From positions 2,914,001-2,978,000 of the forward strand of contig NW_025767191.1 in the NCBI RefSeq assembly GCF_003918875.1: 64,000 nt of DNA, read 5' to 3'. The translations under genes were made by a program, and so were the position numbers. The DNA comes from Haliotis rubra (lineage: Eukaryota). Numbering within the stretch: the first letter of the stretch is position 1; each line of letters starts with the position of its first letter. The notes beneath the pieces are model-generated. The model was not told where the DNA came from and searched no databases. It was given only the letters and a program-made list of their open reading frames with translations. Shown piece by piece: positions 10,239 through 22,585 of the stretch.

Positions 10239-12829
10239 TTTGTTAGAAAGCGTGGGGTGCCTCGCGACAGTATCCAAGGGGCGGGGCTTAGCGAAGATGC
10301 GCGGATCCATGAATACTATTGCGACAGAGGCATTTGCATTGTGACGTCATAACTGTAACCATTATGACGTCATATGTCTAGCGGTATTACACTAGTGTAA
10401 TATTGCTCCCGCCCCTGGTATATTACCATAAGACCCATAAATATATTACACTGCAGTATCTCCCACGGGTGAGTAATAAATCTGAGTCATATATTGGTAT
10501 CTGGTCTGGTTAAATCCATTTTGGACTGGTAACATTTTGAAGTTACCAGCCCTGGTGTCTGGCTGGGGTTTTGGCTTATTTCATACACTGCTGACAGATC
10601 TCACTCAGCTTTGGACGCAAGGTCTCTAACCTCAGAGGACAATTTCTTCTGAAACAAAATTGCTGGCAGAGTTAAAGGCTTCATTAAAAGAAATACATAC
10701 AGGTGGCAGGATATTTTATAATTCAGGCAAATTTCAGTCTCATTGCAACTCATAGCCCTCTCTACCGCATACACTATTCTGAGAACATCGTATACAGGTC
10801 TAGTCAAAGCGACATTTCGTAATCGTTGACCAACCAGTGAAATGATCGGAAAGACGTTGAAATGACATACTCGGAAAGCCTCTTGTTGTCGAGCTTTACC
10901 TCACAAGTTTCTTCCCAGGATGTGGATTCTCTGTTTCAAATTGAAACTTTAACAAAAGAACATTCTCTAATGCCTTATTGATGGCTGAGGGGGCGTGGCA
11001 GAACTTCAACGAGCAATGGCATTTTCTTCCATTTTCATGTATTTCCTCACTGAAGCGAGGGATAGATGAATGAGAGTTGGAGGAATCAGTCGTACATCCC
11101 GTAACTGTAGCTCGTAATATTACCACTAAATTTGAAAGATATACGCGTCATTTGAAAAAATGATATCCCGAGCGTCACCTTCCCAATACAGTAAGCGACA
11201 CTCCAGTTGGATGAAATGTCGATCTGACGTGACCTGTAACAGGATGTCGTCGAATCTCAGTCAGAACTATGATCTTATTTTAATGAGGATGGGCAAATTC
11301 ATACCCGTCCAGTCTGTTTACACGATGTGGCTGAATTTTGCAAAACCTGCCATTTGTTTGACAAACCGAATCAGAAAACACGCCATACAATTAAAGGCAT
11401 ATCAAGTTTCTGAACTATCCGTTTGTGACCTACGACATTAATATACGTCACACTTGAGTAAAGGGTAGAGATTTGGCACCCCTATTTCTGGGGAACGATT
11501 CCATGGCGAGGGGTTAATTATAGGTCATTTTCAGTTTGCAACTTATCAAAGTGCCAAGTAGCGGATGCATTGTCGTTCCTTGCCTTAGCCATGATGTTAT
11601 TTGTTGAATCCCAAGCTGAAACTAAAAAGTAAACTGGAAATTAGTCCGTAAAAGAACTAGGTTATTTTAACGCTGCAGTCAGCAATGTGGCAGCGGTGTG
11701 TAAAATAACCAGCCAATCTTGTGATCAACAGCATGCGCATCGATCTAAGCAATGGGCGATCATTTTGTTCCGAAGGGTGATAACTCTCCTTTTGAAATGC
11801 TGTAAGCGATAGTCCAACTTCTCGCTTCCGGTCTGGTTCCAGACTCAATGTGCGCTCCGACAAATCGCTACATGTAAAGACAGAGCTCACGCTTTTGCCC
11901 TGCTGCACCTTGATTGAGAAACGATCATTTACGACGAAAAAGCTTTGACTCATACATGTTTTGAGGTGATATTTTGTTTACAAAGCATCGTTTGTTTAAT
12001 TTCCAAGTGCAATGCGAATTGACACGCTAGGAGATAACGGGGAAAACGCCATGAAAAATCGGTATACTGTCATGACATTTTCTACCACAGAACACGAGAC
12101 AGTGTAACTCTCGGGTGTCATAGCATCAATGAAATAATGAAACCTCACTTCATCAGTCCATATGTTATTTCCAAAGACAATTACTCAACCCCCAGTCAAT
12201 GGTTGCTGCATTCACATCTAACAAATAGTTCTCAAATACTATCACAGACCTCAATGTAATAAAATCGAAAATGCAGCCAGCGGGCATCCTCTGGAAGGCC
12301 TTTATCGCCTATAATTATTCCACATCCTAACAATTGAATAAATACCGTGTAGAATGAAACATAAATATAAAAATTACGTTTTGATCAACAGTTCCTCACA
12401 CATCTAATTTCATTTTTTTTAAATTCTGACACAATATTTTTAAAGTATTCTGAATCTATACTCAGCGTCATTAATGAAGTGTCAAGGTATTGGTAACACT
12501 ATTTCTTAAAAGTTGTAAAACTTCGTTTTTGTTTGAAATCTATACAACTGAATGCTTTACAAACGTTCTTAACAGTGTGGAAAAACACCTGAGGCCGTTG
12601 AAATGACACTACGTTCTTTAACGTCCGATGCATTCTGTTGCAAATGGCACATTCTTTATTCAAATTGTCAATATGGAAATCTACCTGCCTCTTAATGTCA
12701 ATGATTTGTATGTGCAAGTCGCCCTATCATGGAAAGTGGAAGACAATACACATGTATTGATGGGTTTTTCACTGCCGTTCACTGTTCAGTACCTGATTGA
12801 AATCGCAGCTTAAAATGAGACGTTTTTGA

Positions 12830-13145
12830 CACTTGCTGAAAGGGGTTAGGGTATAGGCCTTTTAGGCCTGGTCAAACTCAGCGGCAGGTTGCTGTCCGTT
12901 TTACTGTGAGTCGGAGTGCTATTGGTCGACTGTCCCAACGTCGCAACAGTCCGAGATGGTAGGCACATGGTTAACACGTAACAGATTCCTTAACGCAGCA
13001 GATCTCCAGACAGAACACTTCAATGTTAACAATATAAGGATATCCAGGGGCACCGTTCGTCGACGTTTAAGGGCAGCCGGACTCCGCTGTAGACGACCTG
13101 TAGTTCGTCCACCACTAACACCATGTCACAGGCAGGCGCGTTTGA
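12830..13145 (+). mobile_element. Tc1-like transposase N-terminal remnant
   Basis: RNRFLNA...ISRGTVRRRLRAAGLRCRRPVVRPPLTPCHRQARL is a typical HTH_Tnp_Tc3_2 segment. Confidence 0.75.
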
Positions 13146-13860
13146 TTTTGACTCTATTCATAGTGTTTGTCAGGACCCTATCTCGAATGAGTTCTATGTA
13201 TTCTTTCATGAAACTGTGCACAAATAAAAAACAGGTTGTCAACTGCTGCCTTTTGCCATAGGGATTTTTTAAATTTGTATTTTTTCATTTGACTTTGCTC
13301 TTTGTGTGTACTTGACACAGAAGTACAAAGTTACGAATCCAACTTCCATGTTATTGTTTTGATAAGCTCAATCACTACTTCTGTATACGGACGGACAGAT
13401 TAGACAGAAATACTCTCATCAACTTGGATTTTAAGTCACTGTCAGATGATGTTCTTTCAAACTTCTGGTGACTCTTGTTGAGTTTGTTCTTAGTAATGGT
13501 GCTACAAATATGTAAGAGTTGATTCTACTAAAGTATGTTGAACAAGAACAACAATTGGTAGAATGCTGACAATTTGTATAACTGATAATGTATGTGAGTA
13601 GATTTGTTCAAGGCATTACAAATCTAATTCGTTGCCGTGGACAATGTGTTCTTCCTTTTCTCAGAAAAGTAATCAACTGAATTTCGTTGGGTCCAACTGT
13701 ATACCTTTAATGCCGCCATATAGCTGGAATATTGCTGAGTGCGGCGTAAAACTAAACTCACTCACTCACTCAGTATATCTTTAACCCCATCCATACTGAC
13801 AACATTTCGCTAAAGGTCTGAATCCATACTCATCACCATAACAAATGTGAAGCATAATTA

Positions 13861-14100
13861 AGTGAGTGAGTTTAGTTTTACACCGCACTCGGTAGTATTC
13901 CAGCTATATGGCGACGGTCTGCACGTAATCGAGTCTGGACCAGACAAACCAATGATCAACAGAATGAGCATCGATATACGCAATTGGGATACGATGACAT
14001 GTGTCAACTAAGTCAGCGAGCCTGACCACCCGATCCCGTTAGTTGCCTTTTACGACACGCATGAGTTGTTGAAGATCAATTCTAACCCGGATCTTCACGA
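13861..14100 (-). mobile_element. SINE family B, near full length
   Basis: Reverse complement of GTGAAGATCCGGGTTAGAATT...CGGGATCGGGTGGTCAGGCTCGCTGACTT...(ACTC)n. Confidence 0.85.
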
Positions 14101-14840
14101 GTAGAAGCATAATGAAGTTAAAATTATTCATATACTTTTGTTTTCAAGTTTCCCCTTTGTATCGAGCAAAATAGTCAACATACATTGGTGTATACTATAC
14201 ACAGCATTTAATGTGCTTTCTACGAAACATCACGGTTACAATAATCAAGCGTCTACAATGATTTCACGTTTTATGGTAGTTTCCAACCTGACTCAAACGA
14301 TGTATGATACAATTTCTAACCCTGTCTGGTGTAATATTTACGCTCCCGTGTTTTGAGGTGAGCACATGAACGCATGTTTATGCTATAGTCGGATGTACTT
14401 TGCTTTTAGCAGAGACGTCGCATGATTTCGGAAGTTTTAAGTTTCTTTATCGAAATACTTAGATGAACACGTGTATATAACTCTAGCAATATCTGGTAAA
14501 AATGCAAAGAATGCGCCTAATATGAGACTCTCGACATACGTAGCTATGACACATCTCACAGTTGAAACAAATATGTGTTTCTCAGGATCTGACAGGGTGG
14601 CATGATTATTTTAGGATTTCCATGGCAACGAAAAAAACCTCCGTAATTATGTCAAAGGTGTGGCTAAACAGACATTACAATTTGATAAAAATATTATTCG
14701 GGACTAAGCAGGAGGTAAGAAGAACGATGAAATCATTTCTAACTCATGTAAACATCGAACGAAAATAAACATTTAAGGATTACGTCCACGATATATATAC
14801 TCATGTCAATAATGGTTGTCACCCCATTTAATTTTTTAAT

Positions 14841-14890
14841 TGGGGTGGGGGTGTGAGTGGGGGTGGGGTGGGGTGGGGTGGGGAGGGTGG
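14841..14890 (+). repeat. (GGGGT)n G-rich tract
   Basis: tggggtgggggtgtgagtgggggtggggtggggtggggtggggagggtgg. Confidence 0.8.
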
Positions 14891-14977
14891 TGACAACCAT
14901 TATTGGCATGAGTATATGATAATGTTTTATAATACGTGTCCCATCCACTTTCATAAACAAACTGGAATATGTTCAGA

Positions 14978-15180
14978 NNNNNNNNNNNNNNNNNNNNNNN
15001 NNNNNNNNNNNNNNNNNNNNNNNNNNNNNNNNNNNNNNNNNNNNNNNNNNNNNNNNNNNNNNNNNNNNNNNNNNNNNNNNNNNNNNNNNNNNNNNNNNNN
15101 NNNNNNNNNNNNNNNNNNNNNNNNNNNNNNNNNNNNNNNNNNNNNNNNNNNNNNNNNNNNNNNNNNNNNNNNNNNNNNNN
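14978..15180. other. Assembly gap
   Basis: Run of N. Confidence 1.
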
Positions 15181-15490
15181 GGGACATTGTCGCATTGTCG
15201 CGTTGTCGCCCTCTCAAAAACAAGCAAAAAGAGGTAAAAATAACCAAAGCGCGACAACGCGACATTTCGGCCATTTGTCGCATTGTCGCTATGACGCATT
15301 TTTGAATAATAATTTTGTATTCATCAAAAGGGCGAAAATGCGACAAAGCGACAATTTTGAAGGTCAAAATATGTCGCGTTGTCGTATTGTCGCCCTATCT
15401 CAGATGTGTAAAAAAGGCCTAAAAATGCGCGACATTGCGACAACGCGACATAATGAATGTGTCACATTGTCGCGTTGTCGCCCTTTTTCG
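15181..15490. repeat. Complex repeat of 8-bp TTGTCGCR units in alternating orientation
   Basis: Clusters of TTGTCGCATTGTCGCGTTGTCGCCC alternate with GCGACAACGCGACA; abuts the gap. Confidence 0.75.
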
Positions 15491-16499
15491 ATTACCGTTG
15501 CGCATGTGTAGAATATCAATTAGTCTACACATGCGCAGGAACAATTATACTCTCTTTCAGACTTCAGTGGTCTTTTGTTACTTCCAATGGTTTTAAAAAT
15601 GAAGTATATATGTATATATATATGACTATATGTCAAGTAATATGTTATCTGTTCAAGCATTTGCTGTCTACATTGCATAAAGTTTGATGTACAATTGAAC
15701 ATGCCCTTTATCCTGTACTCTAAAGAGAACCATATGAATCTTCCTCAAAAGTTTTTGATCAGGGTTACAACACTGAAGGTCGTAGTAAAGATTCCTTAAG
15801 ATGAATTACCCATGGTTTAAGTGAAAGCAAACACAATCTCCTGTGTCACTCAAAACGCCAATTTACATTCACAGCATGCCAACGGGGGTCAAAACCCAGG
15901 GAAACGCAATGAGGACCCGGGATCTCTGGTGACAACCCTTTCCAGAAAAGTAAAATGTGAAGAATCTTCAATCGTCATCTAGAAATCTAACATTGCTGAG
16001 AGCCAACAGGCTGCAGATTTACAAAACACAAGGTAGCACACTTCAAAGCCTTTCTGAAGATACATGTATATTACAGTCCAGTAAAGAAGTTTCATGTGCG
16101 ACTGAGAATTTAAACGTTCGTCTGAGGTGAAAACAAACGTCGATTCGAATGTGAAGCGGCTACACAATCTCGACTGCACAGCCGTGATCCTACAAGAAGT
16201 CGTGAAGGCGAGTGGGTGGTAATCCGTTTTTCATGGTTCTGATGAGAAAAAAGATGGCACAAATTTCATTTTTCAAAATGTTATTAAACAGGACAAGGAT
16301 TTTGCTATTACCTCGGTGAAGTGATTTAGAAAACCCGACCGGTTTCGTTCTGTGGGAATTGTGTCAGGGGTATGATACGATATTGAGAGAAGCAGGGTCA
16401 GAAAATGTGTATGGCCTTCTAAAGTGCGGATAAGCTACGGAACCATCATGGACGTCCGGACTTGCAGGTGCGCCCGTAAAATGCCTATATATCATATAT

Positions 16500-16770
16500 T
16501 TCATGTGTCAGGTATTAACACGTTATGTGATGCGGATGCATGCCACTGATGTATGTGACATCATAGTGAATGGTCGCACGTGTCTGCAGTAAAAGGAACA
16601 CTGCTATGGTTCCCTGCAATATCCAGGAGACGGTTCACTTTGGGGGAAAGTCAATCGTAGCACGGGTATGCATTTCCTTGTGTTGCAAGATGGACCGCAT
16701 TACCACGTTAATTGGCCTTGGAGATCCTTGAGAGGGCTGTTGTGCCACATTTTGATAACCATCCTCTACC
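16500..16770 (+). mobile_element. Tc1-like transposase remnant
   Basis: Fragment EILERAVVPHFDNHP-like, preceding the second Asp region; highly decayed. Confidence 0.45.
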
Positions 16771-16859
16771 CACGATACTGTACACTCATAACACTAGTAA
16801 ACAGGGCAAAACAGTAGTTAGCATACAAACTGTTTGCCAGATAAAACATTGCAGAAAAT

Positions 16860-17110
16860 GTTTCCCTATATGAAAATACCAGTACCACAACAAGCAACAA
16901 ATCCGAAACACCACGTGGAACCACTTGTAAAACACTCATTGTGACCTGCTCACTTGCAAATTTTGCAAAAACAGTATGTTGGTGATACAAAACGAGAATT
17001 TCACATCCCACTCTCAGAACAGTTTGCCGACAAAGTACATAAAAGAGACTATAACCAACAGCCAATAACCATTTAATTCTACGTGGACATTCTTCTAGCG
17101 ACATTCAGGC
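16860..17110 (+). mobile_element. Penelope-like GIY-YIG endonuclease remnant
   Basis: CKFCK(frameshift)QYVGDTKREFHIPLSEQFAD matches the CxxCxxQYVGET(K)RxxxxRxxEH pattern. Confidence 0.65.
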
Positions 17111-18284
17111 TCGGAAAGAGTGAGCCTGTAACTACCTTACTGAGAAGCGAAGTCAGATTCCTGCTGATTATCCAACACGGCAAAAGCCCACCGTATAGAC
17201 TAGAGACTATAGCTCATTATATTGCCATTTGGCCATTGACAAGGTCTTAAATAATATAACCAGCATATTACATACATTGTTTGATCAAATAGTTTGGTAT
17301 ACGTGACATATCACAATGTCACAAATAGGGCCGGTATGTTAACTGAGGATGACATATGCTAATACCATTCATCTGTGCTATCAACGTTTGTCTTGGCTCT
17401 GAAACCGGAAGACATGTCCTTTCCTCTTTTATACTGGATTCCAAAGCTACATAAAAATCAGTACAAAGAGAGATATTGCTGGGTCCAGTAAATGTACCAC
17501 ATAATCCATCGCTCAAAGATTAACCATAATCTTTAATACTATCGAGGCAGAACTTTATGTATATACTACTCACACTTTGCTAAGGATCACACAAATTCAC
17601 AACTTTACTTAAACGTAGGTTTATAATTTGAAATTGTATCCATTTAAAACTAGATAAATAATAATATGGTAACCCCTCATTAGGCAAATAGTCATTTAAT
17701 CTAACCTTATGCACTTGATACATGAGTAACCATGAAAATGGTTTTCATGGCACCAATCAACCATTTTGCAAATCATGGAACGAGTCATTGACAAATAAAC
17801 AACACATGTCAATAGCAGATATGGGATCCAAAAGATGCAATGACATACTGAAACCTAGGATCCATGCTTAATATAAGCTTAGGCATTTAAACCAAATTTG
17901 CCCCTGCATAATAGTTTTCTGTTGAATCCATGATTTGATCCTTAGCAGAGTGTCAATAGTATATTTTCACAGAAAGTATTTGAGACAACTGAAAGTAATA
18001 CCATGTGGATTCTCAAAAACCCAAAGCATATGCTTGAGGTTGGTTATAATCTCAGAAAAAGACCGAGTTCAGTTCTGTCAAAACATTTGAATTTTCAACG
18101 TTGCACACCACTATCCCACATGACAAACGTAAGGGAAAACTTAATTCCGACATCCAGGACGCATTTGTAAATAAACGAGGTGAACAAAGATATACCTTCA
18201 CATGTATCGTCAGGGGAGGATTCAGAGGGGTGAATAGTGTCAGTCACTGGATTATCTAGCCCACTTTTTCTGTTATTGTTTCCT

Positions 18285-18440
18285 TGTTTAACACTAATCT
18301 CAGCAATATTCCAGCCATATGGCGGTGGTCTCTAAATAATCGAGACTGGACCAGACACTCTATTGATCGACATCATGAGCATCGGTTTACGCAACTGGGA
18401 TACGATAACATATGTCAACCAAGTCAGCGAGCCTGACAAC
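18285..18440 (-). mobile_element. SINE family B, 5'-truncated
   Basis: Matches the copy at 13861-14030. Confidence 0.8.
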
Positions 18441-18509
18441 AGACTCGAGTTATTTGCAGACCACTACTGAATGCGGCGTTAAATAAACACATACTCATGA
18501 TACAGTCAC

Positions 18510-18685
18510 AGGATCTTCAGCAACCCATGCTTGTCGTAAGAGGCGACTAACAGGATCGGGTGGTCAGGCTCGCTGACTTGGTTGACCCATGACATCGGTT
18601 CCCAGTTGCGTAGATCAATGCTCACGGTGTTGACTGGATTGTCTGATCCAGACTCGATTATTTACGGACCGCCGCAGTATAGCTG
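18510..18685 (+). mobile_element. SINE family B
   Basis: CTTCAGCAACCCATGCTTGTCGTAAGAGGCGACTAAC...CCAGACTCGATTATTTAC. Confidence 0.85.
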
Positions 18686-19739
18686 TAATTTCTCAGAAAC
18701 GTATTTAAATAACAGCCTTTGACCCCAACTGTACTGAATCCATACTGAATACCATAACAAATGTGAAGCGAAATTACGTTTAAAAATTCTTAATGTACTG
18801 TTGTTTTATAACTTTCCATTTATGTTGAACAAAATAGCCTTTATGCAGCTTTTGAGTTAAAATCAATCATGTTCTTTCTACGAAGAGTCAATGGCACCAA
18901 GTGACCTTGACCACGGTTACAACATGGAAGTGTCTGTGGAGGTTTCACGTGTTATGGTACCTGTCGCACCAATAACATAAACAACGTCTGATACAATCTC
19001 CAAGCTGTCTTGTATCATGTCCCATGTTGACTTGTCTGTGTTTGTGACATCTGGTGGCACTATTTATTAATTATTCATAAACTCGGAATAGTCGGAATAA
19101 TGTTTTTCTCAGGTTCTGTCAGGCTGACAGAAATACTTTAGGGTTTCCATGGCAACGAAAAGATGTTTGCGTACACATGTCAAAGGTGTGCATAAAAAGA
19201 CATCACATCTTCATAAGAAAATTATTCAGGACGAAGCAGGAGGTAGGTGGTATTATGAAAGCATTTCTAACGAATGTAAAAATCGGACGAAAATGATACT
19301 TTTAGGATTGTGTCGACAATACATATTCATTTCCTGTGTTGTAATAATTGTCATGTCTATTTTGACATACACACTGGAATATGTTTAGACAGATAATTGA
19401 GACTGGGTTATTTCTATTAACATCCATTTTAGTTGATTTTTTCCGATGACAGAGAGGACCGCACGGTTTGACCGAATGTCAAAATGTTTATATTTTTGTG
19501 TCAATTAAAATTGATGTTATGTGGGATATATTCGTAAGGCGGGTGTTGGGGTACCCAGCGGTGTGGATAGCTGCTCATGGGGTCAGTCAATGATTTGTCT
19601 CGTCCATACTCGCTTATATACAGACTGCCGTGGTTTAACTGGAACATTTCTGACTGCGGTGCTATACAACATTCATACCTGCGCAATTCTACTGGAGTTT
19701 ATTATGCTGACTGGAACTCTGAAATCACGTTCCTAAGAA

Positions 19740-19893
19740 GTGAATGAGTGAGTAAGGTTTTACACAGCTTTTAGAAATATCTCGACAGGGACACCAGAAA
19801 TGGGCTCCACAAATTGTACTAGTGTGAGGAATCGACCCAGGTCTTCGGCGTGATGAGCAAATGCTTAAACAGCGGTGCTACACCACTGCCCCA
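19740..19893 (-). mobile_element. SINE family A, diverged
   Basis: GGGACACCAGAAATGGGCT...GGTCTTCGGCGTGATGAGC is the reverse complement of family A. Confidence 0.75.
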
Positions 19894-20099
19894 AGGTTCT
19901 GTTAGCAATGATGCTGATTTACGGTTATTGTTATTACATCAACGATATGTACACGTATAAACGAAGACAGAGGGAACTGGTGAAATGATGTCATTGAAGG
20001 TATAATGAACTTAAATGTCTGTACGGGTATAGATCAATGTCTGTCCTGTCCCTCATCAGGTCTTTGTGTGGCATTTAAAAGTGATACACATGAGGAAGA

Positions 20100-21070
20100 G
20101 AATTTTATAGATGCCAACTTCTTTATTATGGATAGGCTCAACGACAGGTAGTAATATAACTTTAGCCAATGACTTTTATCTTGACTGGCACAGTGGTGAC
20201 TTTGAAATCTTAGGAATAACACTGAATGCTTCTCTTAAAGACCTTTGGGTAATTAACACAAGAAAACGCCTAGAACATATTAATAGATTACTCGCTAGTT
20301 GGCGAAGACGAAACTTGACTCCAATCGGAAAAAATCACTGTTGTCAAAACTCTCATATTTTCTCTGCACTCCCTGACCCGCCAAAAACATTCATCGATGA
20401 ACTCAATAAAATAATCTATAGATTCATATGGAATAATAGAAATGATTAGATTAAAAGGTCAAATATCAATAGAACTTATGAGGATGGAGGCCTCAGAATG
20501 ATTGACATTGAATGTTTCATCGATGCTTTGAAATTATCATTATTAAAATGTTACTTAAGAAAAATTAAAGCTTTAATAGCATCTTTCCCTTAAGTCATCT
20601 GTATTTACTTGGTTCTAATGCTGTTGATTGCTTATCTGACAATGATAATCCTCATTGGAGCCAAATCTTGGCTGAGTTACTTTGGCTAAATCATTTCTTT
20701 AAATCTTCAACATGATAAAAAATTGGTTTGATTGCGGTATACATCATGTCAGAGATATTTGTAATGTAAATGGATTTCTCAGTTTTGAAGATCTGAAACA
20801 GAGGTACAAAATAAGAGGAACCTTCTTAGAGTATCATCATCAGAGGATGAAGCTAGTTGAGATTGATACATGTATTTTTTTGTAAAAATACCTCAGAACA
20901 CATATACGCATGTATGTTTTTACTTTGATTTAGTTAAAAACTTTTGGCACAATGTAGAACAATTTATAAATACCCACCTCCAGTGTAATGTCAAATTTAC
21001 AAAATTCATTATCATGTTTGGAGTGTGCTCAAACAATAAAATACTAAATCATATTATATACTCAGCAGCA
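20100..21070 (+). mobile_element. L1/Tx1-clade LINE ORF2 C-terminal remnant
   Basis: ILGITL...WRRRNLTPIGK...IYRFIWNNRND*IKRSNINRTYEDGGLRMID, and HVCFYFDLVKNFW resembling the H-x-F-x-x-C...W motif; stops and frameshifts. Confidence 0.8.
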
Positions 21071-21214
21071 AAAAACACATCAGTACGAATTCAAAATTAG
21101 ATAGGCACTGTATTAAATCATTACAGAAACGGACATAATAAGCGGATCAAAAACATTTTTTGTGTACAATATCTTGATATATCAATGAATAACGTTTGCT
21201 GTCCATTCAGACCC

Positions 21215-22270
21215 TTGAAGTATCTAGTGTGACCACCACGAGCGGCAATAACTGTAGCACAGCGTCTATGCATGGAGTGCACCAATCGATTGATGAAGCC
21301 CATTGGCACCTTGAACCACACTCTGAGAAAGACCTGGCGCAATAAATCGGCTGTGTTCGGCCTTGGTATGACATTATTCAGTCTCCACTGAATTTCATCC
21401 CAAAGATGTTCAATTTGGTTTAAATCATGACTAAGGGCTGGCCACTGCATAATGTTGACACCGTTCTGCTGTAGGAAGTCCCGTGTAGCTCTGGCAGTAT
21501 GGACCCGGGCGTTATCATGCTGGAAAATGTTGTTCGGGTGACGTGCGAAATGTGGTATGACGTGGGGTCTGAGAGTTTGGTCGATGTAGGACCAAGGTTC
21601 CGGCACACCACAAGACCCACTCTCTGGGTCAGGCCTATTCCACCCCATACCATGATGCTTGCACCTACCCATGAGTCTCTTCCCATAACACATTGGTCTG
21701 AGTAAACGTAGTCGCCATATTCTTGTTCTGCCATCTGCAGTTGATACGCAGTACTGACTCATCTGTGAACAGAACAGGTCGCGATTGCTTGTATCGCCAG
21801 GTTTGGTGTTGTAGGGCAAACTGTAGACGTTCACTCCGATGACGAGGGGTGAGGATAGGTCCACGGTAAGGTCTACGGCAATGGAGGTTCCCGCTGTTAA
21901 GACGTCAGCGTACTGTATCAGTACTGATTGGTCTTCCGTGTGCTCCCACTGTCTGGCGTGCTGTTTCGATTGCCTGCATGAAGGGATTCTGTACATGCTG
22001 TCGCACAGCATGGCAGTCTTGTCGTCTTGTGGTCACCCTTGGTCTGCCAGTACGGGGGCGATCATTTGTGGTGTTGGTGCCCCGGAAACATTGCTGTAGC
22101 CTGTAGATGGTCCGAACGTTGACCTGGAAGTGATTGGCAACAGCTTATGCAGAGTGACCAGCTTCCTAGCGCCTGGTTCCTCTGAGCTGTCGTGAGTCGT
22201 GGCATCCTGCTGACGTTGTAATGTGAATGTTTCAACCAGGTTTGAGGGTGCATTTTATAGGGCTGGTCCT
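21215..22270 (-). mobile_element. Tc1-family transposon, decayed transposase
   Basis: MPRLTTAQRNQALG (ATG 22205) ... SIMVWGGI ... FQHDNARVH ... WPALSHDLNQIEHLW ... ARGGHTRY; multiple frameshifts. Confidence 0.88.
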
Positions 22271-22585
22271 TGTGGACAGCACGTGCAGCACGAGTTGCAT
22301 GAAAAACATGGAGAACACCGTACCATCTCCGAGATCAGGTTGCGTTTTTGAGACCATTTCCTGGGTTCCATTCTGAGTTTGGGAAGGAATGTCTTTGCTC
22401 AGGTAAAGTTGGAGATGTTGTCAAAAATATACAATCAAAACATTAAATGAGTTTACAGCTACCCGTTTCTGCGAAGGAAAATTCCAAACTGACGTTTATA
22501 TATCTTATGATTTTCACTTCACTTGGCAGCACAGACGTCGAAACAGCTGTGAACACACCGAACTACCATCCCCGTACTTGAGATC

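Larger units (their letters stand above)
5608..10308. mobile_element. ISL2EU-type (PIF/Harbinger-related) DNA transposon, full length but decayed
   Basis: TIRs GGATCCGCGCAT (5608) / ATGCGCGGATCC (ends 10308), AT on both sides (5606-7, 10309-10). Encodes a THAP + DDE_Tnp_4-type transposase and a YqaJ nuclease, the combination characteristic of ISL2EU. Confidence 0.9.
5398..10481. mobile_element. Crypton-like non-autonomous element split by the ISL2EU insertion (parts ~5398-5607 and ~10311-10481)
   Basis: Imperfect ~44-bp inverted arms at 5400-5443 and 5468-5511 (core TTTAATAAAAATGGTATT), plus TTTATTACTC (5516) complementary to GAGTAATAAA (~10471). Superfamily assignment is inference from this architecture. 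Confidence 0.45.
5278..10590. mobile_element. Non-autonomous hAT-like MITE split by nested insertions (halves ~5278-5395 and ~10480-10590)
   Basis: Perfect 16-bp TIRs CAGTGTATGAAATAAG (5278) / CTTATTTCATACACTG (ends 10590); flanks CTGACAA / CTGACAGA look like a slightly decayed 7-8 bp TSD. Confidence 0.75.

Noticed and set aside
10600-11960. Cluster of short ORFs possibly from an old transposase
   Set aside because: No convincing catalytic motifs could be identified by eye.
14836-15511. ORFs spanning N-runs (also near 2419-2757 and 36441-36787)
   Set aside because: Artefacts of translating through assembly gaps.
21121-22011. Intact 296-aa transposase
   Set aside because: Only the C-terminal half is in the transposase frame; the N-terminal half is out-of-frame sequence caused by frameshifts.
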